Positions 48,654 to 61,628 of a stretch of 64,000 bases of DNA are shown in pieces. A program made the translations under genes and the position numbers. The notes beneath the pieces were generated by a model. The model worked only from the letters and a program-made list of their open reading frames with translations, searched no databases and was not told the origin of the DNA. The stretch lies in contig OZ210885.1 of the NCBI GenBank assembly GCA_964658305.1, positions 24,180,001-24,244,000 of the forward strand, written 5' to 3'. Source of the stretch: Leptogorgia sarmentosa (Eukaryota). Every line of letters starts with the position of its first letter. Position 1 is the stretch's first letter.

Positions 48654-51600
48654 CTATAACAGGAAAGGCAAACGAACATCCTCCGTTCGCTGACGCTTGA
48701 GCACCTTTCCTTCCTTTGCGAATTTAGCGCGGTCCCCCAAGATGGGCAAAGCATGTTTTGGAAGTGAACTATCTTTATCCCCATCCAGATATATTTGAGC
48801 GATTTCTGTAATTGCTTGTGTTCCTCGAAGAACTGGAGGCATGCACCAATCCAGCTTTGTTCTGAAATTGCAAAAAATGTAAGCAATGATATTAATGCCA
48901 TCATGCCATGCTAAAATGTCATCATACTGTCGAGCACTATTTTTTTTCTCGACAAACCATCCAAACCCACCTGTTCTAAGTCCATTTTTAGAATCCATGT
49001 TAAGTCAGTACTTCACATTAACTTACCTCAGAGCCAAGACTTCATTTGATTGACCACCAGTACACTGCTGAGATTTCATAACGCTGTAGAATGACTCTAC
49101 GACTGCCTCGGTACCTCCTTTCGCCAAAGCAATGTTGATGGTAACACAGCCTTCGATTCCAATGGCATGAAAGAGACGTTCATCACAATAGATGCTGTGG
49201 TAGACAGCTTCTTCGTCTAGTTCAGCCAAGATCGGTTTCTCCACTCCATCAAACGTCAAGGAATAGATGTTACCAAGACAATACGACTTGCTCTCATCAG
49301 ATGTAGTGGTTGCCTTCTCAAGTTTGACAAGAGGACCATATAACTTTGGTGCTATTGATGGTAGAGAAAACCACGTTTCTGGATATCCACCTTCTCGTTG
49401 CCAAAGAAAAGATTTTATGGACTGCTTAATCTTGTGAAAGACAACGTGAGCAAAAACAGAATCAAAAAGTAATCCTGTTTCTTTGTGCTCTCTGCGGAGC
49501 TTCCGGATATGGTCCTGTGAGCATACGTAGGCATAGAATTTGTGAAACGCTTCTTTACCGTATCTCTCAAGGGACTCTTCACCCGCCGCCAGTTTAACTT
49601 TCCCACTCGTCAGGCGTGTGCCACAAAGGAAGTTGAAAATGGTATCCAAATCCAAACATGTCAGTGTAGACATTAACTCATTTGAGCAGTTGTGGATTCG
49701 ATTGCTGCATGAAGATATTAGATCGGAAAGGAACACTTTCAGGTCTTGTTCAACATCGTCCTTCTCTCGGGAAACCCAGTTGTCCACAGTTGTCTTGTTG
49801 CCCTTGTCATCTTGTGTGGAAACCGAGGATATGATTTTCCATCCTTGGACAAGGGTTGTGCCTTTGTATTCCTTCGACAGTATGTCGCGCGAATGCTCCT
49901 TAAGTAGTGGTGACAAAGACGTTGGAGATTCGACCGAAAACGTTCCAAGCATACTCTTTAAATAAGATTCCAACTTTGGCCACCAGCAAAGAATCTTCCA
50001 ACAGGGCACGTGGAGACCTTGTAGAGCGACAAGTAGAAGCATCAGAGGCTTCATAATATCACACACTCCACAAAGATCCAGCACAAAATCGTCGCCCGCT
50101 ATCTGATATTCTTTAAGTTCCGAGAATTGAAACTCCCTGAACGTCTTTATGAATAACGGAAGGCTCGCGAGAATTTTGTGAAATTCCATATACTGAGATG
50201 TGGTAAAGCGTGTGCTACAAGCCCGGCTCGTCAATTTCAATACAAGCTCATCTTCTTTTTCCTCCATAACCATTGCATGCTTAAGCATTTCCCCACGCTG
50301 GAAGATTCTATGCAGTACGCAGGTTCGTTCAATCAGCTGCTTTACGAACGCTCCAGACGTACCGAGCTTGCCATCAAAAACATCGCTGAATGCGAGGTCT
50401 AGAAAATGAGGCAGGTCCCACAATACAGCGAAGAATGATCGGTCGTATTTCTCTTGGTCTAAGAGAGCTAGAAGTGTTCTCTCGAATCAGCTGCTGTGGC
50501 ATAGGCACCATCACAAACTGTACCCATCCATGCTCCCTTGAGAGTAGTTTCCTCCACTTTGGGATACGCTGCCTTGATTTCATTGAACAAGGTGTTAGCT
50601 AGTTCTGGTGCCTGTGCTCCATTAACATCACCGTCGACATTTGTATCCGTTTCTTTGTAGACCTCTTTGGCGCTAACGGCAATTGCTTTGCGATGGCCAC
50701 CAACCATTAGGCAGAGCAGTATTGCCTGATTCGATATCCTGGTGGATGTCGATTTGTCACAGGTCGCGTAGTAGTGGGGTGGGAGTTTAGTTGAGGGTAA
50801 CGGTGTAGATAAATAATCTGCTATTTGCCTGTCACACCATGTTTCTGCGGCACAAAGAATTGCGGAAAACTGTTTCCTACTGTGGCCTAGCTCACCGACA
50901 TCAGATCCAGTAAAAGAATGAGAGGCAATCATTGTTTCATAATGGATGGCAGCGGACTTCGTTTTAACAACTGTCAGAGCAATGGACACAAGATTTTTCG
51001 TGACTCGTAGACCTCGTTCTTCTCTTCTTCGGCTTTCGTGTTGATACTATAACAAACAATTAGAAGTATCTCACGCCCTTTCAAGTTTATACGAAAGAAA
51101 TTGCTAATTAACGAATGTGGTAAAGTGGTATTAGCAAGTACTGCGACGTTGTTGTTTCGTACAAACCTGTAAAGCTTCGAAATGTAGTTGGCCACCAGCT
51201 AAAGTGACATGTGTTTTTACTGCGTTCTTTAGTTTGTAGAATTCCTTGTTTCCACCTTCAAGCAATAAAGAAGTCCTGTCAGGTGAGTAAACTAGCCCTG
51301 TAGAGAGCGATCCTGAAAAGCTAAAGAAAAAACGAGAAATGATTACTCGCAAAAGTGATTTAAATGAAGGTTTTTCTAACGTAAAGTAACATATATAATT
51401 ATTTATAGGTACTTACCCACCCAATCCTTTCTTGGCAGCATCCATCGCAGTCACTTTCATCATGGAACCTCTAAGTTTATACTTCTTAATATAATCAAAG
51501 CATGTTTCACATCGAATGACAGAAAGAATCCCCTGTTCTTCATTTCCAGAGAAAAACTGAATATGTTTACACACTCTCACTAAGTCGAGGATATTTTTTA

Positions 51601-52931
51601 CATCAGGCCACTGTAGAAGCAACTCAGCTGTTTCTTCGGCAGACTTCCCATCGACTGCTAAAAGCGGGTTGGGTCGAGTGTCTTTTTGGTTTGCCAGTGA
51701 TTTTATTTTGAACTCCTTAAATTCATGGATAAGAGTGTCGACTTTGGCATGTAAAGACGCAGTAGTTGGGAGTTTATCTTGCATTATAACAGGTGATTGT
51801 TCTGTTTGGCTGGGCGTACTAAACGAGATCCTCGTCTGTAATTTTTCCGTTTTCAATTGTCTGTCAGGAACTGTCTCGTCAGAGGATTCGGAAGCTGTTC
51901 CATCAAATGATTTGGTTGTTGTAGGAACCTGACTAACATTGGGTGTTGACTGTATTGGACGATCGGTCTACCACATTGTTGTTCTTCACACTTCTTCCAT
52001 AATAAGGTCGAACGTCAGCTCTCGATGACGTACTGCGATGGAGTCGTTCAGCATGTCTGTTTATTGATGTCTGATTTAACCTGCATAATTTATAGACCTT
52101 TGGTGATTCTCCCGCTCTACAATTTATAAAAGAATGTATAATACAATAATCAATTCAAATTATCAACTATACTTTTTCCTACAGATAATGATTTGTGGAA
52201 CAGATTTTAATACCGAGTAATTATAAAACTTGTCTATTACAACTGTAATCATAAAATGAATTTAATAGTAAACAAACCTGAAACATGTCACACATATACC
52301 CCATTTGTTCTTGTCATTTGTTGAAATATTTGTGCCACTGCCTTTGCTCAATTGTTTTGCTGGTTTAGGCTGTAACCACCACTGTATATTACAAGGTGCA
52401 TCAATATTTTCTAATCAGTAAAAAATTACCTGTTACGGAGACTTCAAGATTGAAAAAAAACACCAAAAAATGCAAGTTCAAATCCCGCTCGAGACAACGA
52501 ATTTCTCGTTGTTCTCTGCAGTGTCCGATTAATGTGAAACTAGTTTTTCATATCTCTGAGGATGGATCTGGAATAGATTCGAAACACTGCGCGTCCTCAT
52601 GACAAGCGTTTAAGTCGTCGCGAAAATATTTCATGCACCTAAATATGATTTGACTCGGTACTACTGTAAGAAGCTTTCAGTAAAACAACTGTTTTCTTGC
52701 ACAGCTATACTGCATTGAGAATTCTCACCATTTTTACCCCTTGTTTTGACATATGTTGCAAACAACCGGAACACCAAATCCTTCTAAACCATTTGGATTC
52801 TCGCCACATATAGCATGAACTGGATTGTTACACTGCAAACACGTATGTGCACCTGATGACTGCCCCTTGCATACACAACACTGCAACGGAGTTTTTGCAA
52901 TTTCATTGAGAAATAGATAGCTAGGTACCAT
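48654..52931 (-). pseudogene. Divergent hAT-like transposase with an upstream PHD-like finger exon
   Basis: ATCDKST, VCDGAY, WDLPHFLDLA, STRF and TEAVVESFYS across frameshifted ORFs. CCVC...HTCLQCNNPVHAICG...VCNIC at 52734-52931; linkage of this exon is inferred from position. Confidence 0.65.
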
Positions 52932-52974
52932 TCACTCTGTTTGTTGAATGGCAATCAATAAGGCAGTGTAAATT

Positions 52975-53215
52975 ACTGTGATAATATCATTGTAATCAAT
53001 TTCTCGGACGCTGATTGGCTAAAAAGCTTCAAGAAGTATGCGAATTTAGTTAATTACATAGGATATTACACTTGTTCTCGAAGTATTAATAAAAAATTGC
53101 ACTTGTGTTTGGCGAAATTCGCCGAAATACCGCTCGTGCTTCGCCCTCGCGGTATTCAGGGCCATCGCTAGACGCATGCAATTTTTTATTATTACTTCTC
53201 GAACTGTGTAAATAC
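52975..53215. mobile_element. Short hairpin element related to 19502-20029
   Basis: Hairpin 53058-53215 starts ataggatattacac, as at 19502, with loop gcttcgccctcg and upstream ctgattgg. Boundaries are approximate. Confidence 0.45.
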
Positions 53216-54170
53216 ATCTTCTCAAAATACACTGGCAGGGAGAAAATAACTTACTCTGAGCAGATAAAGAAGCTATATTTTCGCTTTCAATTCTTTCATG
53301 TTGTTGTTCATTAGTTCTACTAATGTCATTAATTCATTCTCTGATTGCTCAGATTCCTCTGAAAAAGAATCCATCTTGTTCGGTTGTTCCTCACAGCATA
53401 TTCGTTCTTTAATTCGCTTAACATTTAAATGAACCCAAGTCCTGATATCAATCATACAACATTGGAAACTAAACTACACTGCTAGTTTACTACAGTGAAA
53501 GAGTTGGAGTGAATAAACAAGTTAAAAATTATACAATGTGTTACATATTAAAATAAATAAAAATAAAGTTTGTGAAATGTGGTTTACACTATACACTACA
53601 GTAAAAATAATAAATATTTTTGAATATATGTAAATTATAGTTATATATCAAACGCTTGACTGACCTTGCAAAAATATTCACTAAATTTACTGTTTTTGCC
53701 AGTTTGAAAGTCGTCTTGTCAGTCAGTGAAGAGGGTCAGCGGTGCATCAAAATCCAGTACTTCGAGTAGACTTATAGTTTGGTCAACGGTGCATAAATTG
53801 ATAAAAACACAGTACTTGGGAGACTTATAGTTTTCGTTAGTTTGTTATTTACAACAAACATGCATATTATGGAGAACTGGAGGATTTGGAGCTGCTAGAT
53901 TTTTGCGCCGAACAATTGTAATTTTCTGTTTGTGCGCCAGTACGCCACGCCGGCGCACTTGCTTAAACTTCGTGCGCCAAAATCATCGGAAATCGTAAGT
54001 ACTCCACGCCGGGAATATATTCGGCACAACCTATGAACTTTCCACCCTGGCATATGTATACACACTAGTATGAACTTCAACACAACAGGATATATATATG
54101 GTACCAATATAGTGGTTATAGTTCAATGTGTACAATAACACTGTCTCTATGTAAACGGTAAAAGTCTGCA

Positions 54171-55760
54171 TCATCTGCTATAGGTTACTCGTTTCTTTGA
54201 GAGTAACTCTCTGCCTAGTGCTATCATTAATTCAGCTTTGTCCTTTGATTTGATGTTTTTAATGTTAAGCTCTCTGCAAAGTGGGATAAGGTGAATATCT
54301 TTCTTAACTTCCTTTGTGTATCCTTTCTTGAAGTACACCAATATAATAGTTTCAGCTGTGGTTAATGGCATACAATCATGTGCACCTCCTACATATAGAG
54401 AAAAGAAATGCTTTTATCTTTTCAAGTCTCTCTGTCTCTCAATAGAAACAGCTCAGATAGCCACTTAGTTTATAGCAATTAATTTTCTAAAAACAATATA
54501 ATACCACCTGGCAAATTTGCTCTATTCTCAGGATCACTGCCATCATGATCATCCAACTCATCATCTTTTGTTTGATCTGGCAATGCTTCAGGCAGTTGCC
54601 TTTGACTAGTACTTTGTGCCTGTGAGCACTTAATTTCTTCATCACTTGTTTGTAAATTTGAACACCTGGTTTCATCAGTTGAACTAAATGAATTATAAAT
54701 TATAGAGTTATATGTATCCTATCCATTTGCACAAATGCTCATGCAGGTTTGCATGCCAAACAACTTGACGAGTTCATCCAGGGAAATTCTTTGCAAATTA
54801 TAGTAGTGGCATGTTTTAATAATTTTCTATGGGTGCAAATCTTTGCATTCGACAATATATTGGTGAACTAATAGTATAAATTTACATATTACCTTCATCA
54901 TAACCAATATCTGGATTGAGTTGCCCTTTACAGGCAGCAGCAAGTTCGTCCAGATGCCTCTTGGCATTTTGATTTCCTCTGAAAATGGGAATGCTGTTTC
55001 CTGGAAACATTTCCACTGTTTTTCTGTGCACTTGCTTTCGCCTAAAATATACAACATCAATAAAAACTCCTTATACGATCATGAAACCTACAATATACCA
55101 GTATATCATAATCAATCATCTATGATTAATGTGTATTGACTCAGTGTAAATTTTTACTTTTGTAAAACTTCACAATATTCATGTTGTGTTTGTTCTTCCC
55201 ACCTTCTGAGCAAGTCATCTTTTAGCTGGGGTGAAAGGCCAGTTTTTAAGACACTGGACCTCATTTAGCTTTGGGATTTTTGCATACTGTTCACCTATAA
55301 AATGTGATATATATTACTACTTTTAAAAAATGTATGCAACATTTTTAAATTTCTTTCAAGTTTTTGAATACCCTACCAACTAGTTCTGCCATTTTTCTCT
55401 TTAATAGTCTCTTTTCCCCAATAGTTTGAACCCCACAAGATTTCATTTCATCATCTGATAAGCCTTCCTTTAAACACATTCCATCTATTTTTTGTTCTAT
55501 TAAAGTGATCGAAATCAACTCGTTAAATGGGGCATAAAAAGCTGAGTAAGTGGTACATACTTTAAACCCATGCAAGAATTGGATAACATTTCACATGTAA
55601 ACAGTAAAAAGTTCCACAGTAAAAGACATTTTAGGACAGCTTGCATCTTTATTAAAATGTAAAATACATGATACTTTAATACCTCTGAATCCCTGCTTGA
55701 AAGTATCCAACCTTCGACCCCCCAACCATTGAATAACATCTTCTGTGCTCCATTCCGTCA
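54171..55760 (-). pseudogene. Multi-exon SAM-domain gene, probably the accessory gene of an EnSpm-like element
   Basis: EWSTEDVIQWL...FKQGFR and EQKIDGMCLKEGLSDDEMKSCGVQTIGEKRLL (SAM domain). It lies head-to-head with the transposase at 59681. Intactness is not established. Confidence 0.55.
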
Positions 55761-56067
55761 TTAAAATATATAAAATATTATCCACAGAAAAGGTCACTAT
55801 AAATTAAAGGTTTACCACAAGATTGAAACCATGTTACTGAGGCCTGTTTCATACGTCGAACTTTAGACTACGTTTACATGATGCCGGTATTATGTGAAAA
55901 CGGTAGAAAAATTATGATAGTTTGCGAATGTGCCGTTTACCTGTTGCGTTTACACGGTGCCGGTAAAAATTAATGACGGTTTGTCATGTGATATTCCTTG
56001 TCCAATGAAATTTATTGACGAAAATAACGCTGACTCAACATGTGCATTACAGCATTAGACAACAAAC

Positions 56068-56382
56068 ATGGCGCCCAAAAAAAGCAAGAAAACCTCGAAT
56101 AAAGCCGAAGGACATAGCAATTTTACATGGACTGATGACGAAATCGAGTTGTTGCTTGCAGTAATTTACGAATATAAAAGCAGTAAGGAATCGGAGGGAT
56201 TCGATTGGGAATCAATCAAGACAAAATATGACAAAATCAGGGCCTTGTTGTTAGCGAGATATCTTCGAAATCAGGATGCAAACAATCAAAGAGAATTCCC
56301 TTTGGTCGACAACATCAACAGCAGCCAAATGGTCAATTCCAACAGCATGTTCAACCAGGTGCACAGTATCAACATCCAATAG
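56068..56382 (+). pseudogene. Myb/SANT-like DNA-binding protein of Harbinger, truncated
   Basis: FTWTDDEIELLL...YK...EGFDWESIKTKY. Confidence 0.75.
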
Positions 56383-56794
56383 GTATAGTATATATATAGC
56401 TATGTACCAGCAAATTCAAACTCCTAACATACCAGCTTATATTTATAAATATTTTTTGTCATTATTTTGATACAGGTAGCCAGTATCAGCCAGTCCCATA
56501 CATGCCATATGGTGGTTTTCAACCTCCTGTAATTTCCCAAATGCCACAACAACCACAACAACCACAGTCACCTTTGAATATTGCCTAGATCACAGAACTA
56601 GATTATCAAATGGAGCAAGGGAAAGAACAGAATACATAGCAATTGTTTTACAATAGTAACTGAAGTAGATAAGTTGTTCATGTTATGTTAGACTTTTTAT
56701 TCCAATACTTCAGATATTGGTGAAGATACAGTTAATGAACACAATGTTATAAACTTTGTTGAAAACGCATTTTGTGTACTTGATTGATGGCACA

Positions 56795-57900
56795 TTACTC
56801 AAAATATTTAACATATATGTATCGTACATTTTTGCCAGCTGCCTCATTATTTCCAGTTGTACATCTTTTTGCAGCACATGGTGGCTGAAGTTGACTTTCT
56901 GAAACATTTGCTGCTTGTATAAGGCCATCATGCACTTGTTCTTTGTTGAGCTCACAAACATTGTGTAACACAAAACAAGAATAGATAACCATTGGTAGTT
57001 CTGACAATTTAATGTCCATAGGTCGACGTAGTGAACCAAATCTACCTTTTAGTCAACCAAAAGCACATTCTATTGTCATTTGAGCAGACGACAATCGATA
57101 ACCAAAGAATTGCTCGCTAATATCTGATCCTCCAGCTGGAAATTCTTTCATGACGTACGGAAAAAGGGGATAGGCAGGGTCACCAAGTATACAGATGGGA
57201 ACTGCATCCTCTCCTTCAACAATAATTTTAGGACAACTAGGTATGATATTGTCACACATTTTTTTATTCAAGCTAGAGTTAGCAAAGATTCGGGCGTCGT
57301 GGACAGCCCCAGGCCATTTGACTACCACATCAGTGAAGCAGTACTTGTAATCACAAAGTGCTTGTACGTTTATTGAATATTTCCCCTTCCTGTTCAGGTA
57401 ATCAGAGTAATTCTCATTTGGCTGTATTATCTGCACATGGGTTCCATCAACTGCTCCAATGCATTGAGGAAATCCATGGCATCTCAAGTAACCAGAAACT
57501 AATTCTTCAACCTGAATAGAAAAAATACTGTAACCTGAATAGTTTTACTCTTTCATAATGCAAACATATTAAAATGGTTATTGTATTACCTGTTCTGGCG
57601 TCGATGGAAGTCTTATATATGATGGTCCAAGCTTTGTTGTGATTGCCTTGCATACCCTTCGGACGATGTGAGAAACCGTACAACGCACTACACCAAAAGC
57701 ATTTGCAACCTTTCGATATCGCCCTTCATCAGCCAAGTAGTAAAGTGTTATTACGACTTCCTCATGTTTGTCTCCTTTTTTGTCAGATAAGGACGAAGTT
57801 CCTCGCACAACTTGTTGAAAGTAGGCTGGGACATCCGGAAATTTTCTTGCCACTCTTCAATGACGGCAACATTCTTTATCAAATTTTCCCACCATAATGA
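56795..57900 (-). pseudogene. Harbinger (HARBI1-like) DDE transposase
   Basis: [56 protein letters not shown] (followed by a stop) and CFVLHNVC. Confidence 0.92.
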
Positions 57901-58661
57901 CATCCTTCCAGGATGAATCCAAAACTGTCTTTGCGTAAAAGCTTATTTCTCTTTTCTCTGAAAACAGCGATAGTCTGCTGCATCAATGCAATATTAATAA
58001 AAATTGCTGTGCATAAGCATTCTATTTCAATGAAATCCATTATTGACTTTTTATATGATAACCGTTGTCGAACTCTTACGGCACAAGTGTTTACACGGTG
58101 CTAGTTATTGTTCCGTTTGCACACTTCACCGAAAAGGACGACGTTTTCATTTTTTGGTGTTTTCTGCCGGTATCGTATAAACGCAAGGCCAAAACGGCAT
58201 AATTTCGTTCCATTTTCGAATGAAAACGGCATCGTGTAAACATAGTCTTAGTTGCGTGGAATGCAATTAAAACAATAGATAATGAGATAACTTGCCTCAT
58301 TATCAGCTCATTATCCTTTGTCTGAATTGCATTCAACGCGACTAAAGTTCGACGTTTGAAACAGGCCTGAGTAATTTTATTGATAGATACTGTAGTTGTA
58401 TTTGTAAAGGAATTTATGCCCAGGTATTTATATCCTAGTAAAGTTCTAGTTGTATACATATTTTTGGGTGAAATATTCAAAGTTTAATTACAAATTTCGC
58501 CGGACTTTAAATCTAAAGTGCTGTTAATACGTTTTTTTGTGCTGTCAAATCCGCCCACGCGCGGTATTGAAGTCGCCATGTTTGTAGTGGAGAAATTTGC
58601 GCCAAAAATGTTAAGTCCGCCTGTCATTGGTTGATTTTTATTATTGCATGCAAAATATACA

Positions 58662-58777
58662 GGCCTGTTCAAACAAGTCCAACACAATCGAACATTGTTC
58701 GATGCAAGGTGCAACATGTTGGCCACGTTGGTGATGTGTGATAATGTTGCACGATTTTGGCTTCGTTTGAACAGGCC
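58662..58777. mobile_element. Small Harbinger-type MITE
   Basis: TIRs ggcctgttcaaac; the TSD is not cleanly preserved. Confidence 0.7.
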
Positions 58778-59680
58778 TTAATTAAAGCAATGAGGATCTT
58801 TGTTAAATAAAACGTTAAATAACCGCGATATATTTGTAATAACTTTACTTTATTACTTACCATCAACAAGCCAGCCATCAAAAATCTCCCTTTCATCGTC
58901 AGCACTATCCGATGATACAATATCAGTATCCTACTGCGAACAATCTTCTTTCTCCATATTTACAAAAACTGGTAGTATAGGCATTACTTGCTTGAAACTA
59001 TTGCAATTGATTTACTTAATTCGAATCATATGTTCAATCGTAGCACTCGACACTCATTGACAGCATTAGTTGAGCCTATTGTGCCATTGTACCAATCAAC
59101 AATTTCAACTACTTCTACTACTCGTTATCCCTAAGTGTCTACTATAAATACCCCAACAACCTGGAGTCCACAATTATCCATTTCAAATTCAGACTTTTGG
59201 AAATTATGACTACTTTTTGATGATGATACAATATTTTTTATCGACAATGAATAAAGTTAAAGGTTTTTCACAATCGGAAAGAATTATACATAGTTAAATA
59301 TACCATATAAAATACAAATAAATACATTGTTGATCGTATATATGCCGTCAACATCGTCATGCCAATGTAATGACTGCGGGTATCTACATGCACACTGCTT
59401 TTGCACAGTCTAGAACTGTGATGGAAAAGCTGTTAGTCGTTCTATATACCAACAACATCGCAGAGCAGATAAAGAGGCGGAGAATTTTCCCATGGAAGGA
59501 CTGCAAGATAATGAAGAAGTGGGTGGTAGAAATGACGGAATTCAACTGGGTAATCAAAACATGAGATGAAAAAATTAGGCGATTTTGAAAAACATTCTTG
59601 CGAAAAAAAAGAGTAATGAAAATTTTCGTCATCTTTTCAAGGGCTTGATTTGAGCAAATTTTCTGAAATTTTCAACAGCA

Positions 59681-61348
59681 ATGCAAAATCCATCCAAAGT
59701 TATTTTAAAAATCAAATCGTTTGAAGGGTGGCTTCAATGGGCAAAAGATTTTGTTCTCACTGAACAAAAAATGAAGGATATATGGCCTACAACCTGGTCA
59801 GAGACAGAAGATATTTTGAAAATGGCTGGTTATGAATCAGCAAAACATTACTACATCTGTATGAGTGAGCAACATGCAAGAGAATGGGATATTATGGAGT
59901 CTCCATCAGAGAAATGTCGGCATTGTGGAGAGCCGGGAAATATTGACTATTATTACATGGGGTTGTCTTCCAAAATTAAGCAATGGTATGGAAATCCAGA
60001 AATGTGCAATGCCATGCTTGATCACTGGAGAGAAAAGGATCACTGGTTTCACACCGTTGAAAGAGGGCAAACTAAAGGATGGCCAATCAAGAAAGAACTT
60101 TGGGATGGTATACGATTTTCTCAGTACTCTTGGTTTTTTGATGAGAATGTGAAGAGTTTGCTTCCAACCACATGTCCTTCCTGCAAGACTATGAAAAAAA
60201 CTACCGTAATTCCAGTCTCAAAAATTGATCTTCAAGATATTCTGGAAGATAACACTATTGATATTGTTTGCCCATGCTGTCGAAATGTGTTCAATCATTC
60301 AGTGAAATACATGTTTGGAGATCAACGAAATATTGTATATATTGCTCACTGGGATGGATTAAGTCCATTTGGTACATCTGGTGGTCACAGTACTGGTGTG
60401 ATTGATGTTAAAATAGGAAATATGTATAAGAACAAACAAAACCATGCTGATCAAGTTTTTGTAGTGGGATTTGCGCCTTGTTACAAAACTCCTGATGAAA
60501 CGCCTGAATTTTTGGATCCTTTCCTTAGTCCTTTAATGAATGATATTGTTGATGACTTCATTGATGGAATAGAAGCGCAATACTCTGCCGAATTTCCTGA
60601 GTTTGACATACAAAGTGGACCTGCAGTTATACGTCATCTTATTCTTCTTTGGACTGGAGACCATCCTGGACAGTGTGAAGTGGCAAAAGTCAAGCGCACA
60701 GGGAAAAAAGCTTGCCGTCGTTGTCATATTTGTGGTATACTTCTGGATCATGGATCACCACATTACTACTATGGAAATTGTAGGTATCATGCGAGGCACA
60801 AATGGGCAAGTAAAAATATGGAAGAATCCCTTTAGCATATGAAGGCTGCAGATGAAGAATTTGGAGCAGCATGGAGTATAATTTCAAGAGACAGTGGATT
60901 CACTGGTGTTAGCTTACTCACTATTCTATATGACCTATATGGATTTGATGTGTTGCATGACACCCCTATTGATTTGATGCATAATTTGCCCATGAATCCA
61001 ATTAAAAAGAACTTGCGTCGCTTCTTTGATATTGGGAATGCAAACAAAAACCTCTTTGAAGAAAGACTGGAAAATTTCCCATGGTCTGCAGAAATGAGGG
61101 CGTCACGCTTCCCAAGTGGAATCACTTCACGGTTCGGATACTGGAAAGCAGAGGACTACCAAAAGTTTTGCTTTCCTGCGTCTGAAGTTATCTTGAGTGA
61201 TCAAATGCCCGCATATGAATTTCAGTGTTGGACACTGCTGGTGCAAATGACAGAAATGGTTTTTAACTGCTGTCGTTTACGTGGGTGGCAAGAAGAGGAT
61301 ATTGAATTGTTTGATAATGTTGCTTGGCGTCATAACATTATGGTAGAG
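59681..61348 (+). pseudogene. EnSpm/CACTA-like (Tnp2-type) transposase, nonsense-disrupted and cut by an insertion
   Basis: HWDGLSPF, WTGDHPGQCEVAK...ACRRC, PIDLMHNL and WKAEDYQKF. In-frame TAG at 60833-60835. Coding similarity stops at RHNIMVE. Confidence 0.7.
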
Positions 61349-61628
61349 TATGGTGTCCCATGAGAGACATTAAAAATTCTTATATATTTTTCTATTTTAT
61401 TGAATATTTATTGTTTTGTTTTCATTTTAACTTAATTTGTTTTAATTCTTGTTTAAAATCATTACATTTTACATTTACTTTAAAAGTGTTTAAAAACAAA
61501 GCAAAACAAAATAATTATTTCTATGTCCCATCAGAGACTCCAGTTTCCTACAGATTTCCACTGATGGTCTGCGAGAAAAGGTGATGCCTGTAAGTTAGCC
61601 TACACGCAGACTGCTTTATCTCGCCAAT

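Larger units (their letters stand above)
48094..54050 (-). mobile_element. hAT-like DNA transposon, full-length, defective
   Basis: TIRs ccagggtggaaagttc at both ends with a perfect 8-bp TSD CATATGTA (48086-48093, 54051-54058); gcgcc subterminal repeats. Confidence 0.9.
55866..58247. mobile_element. PIF/Harbinger element with two convergent genes, defective
   Basis: TIRs gacta(c/t)gtttaca(t/c)gatgccg with TTA TSD (55863-55865, 58248-58250). Confidence 0.92.
55841..58367. mobile_element. ~142-bp Harbinger-type MITE split by a larger Harbinger element
   Basis: TIRs ggcctgtttca(t/a)acgtcgaactttag with TGA TSD (55838-55840, 58368-58370). Confidence 0.88.
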
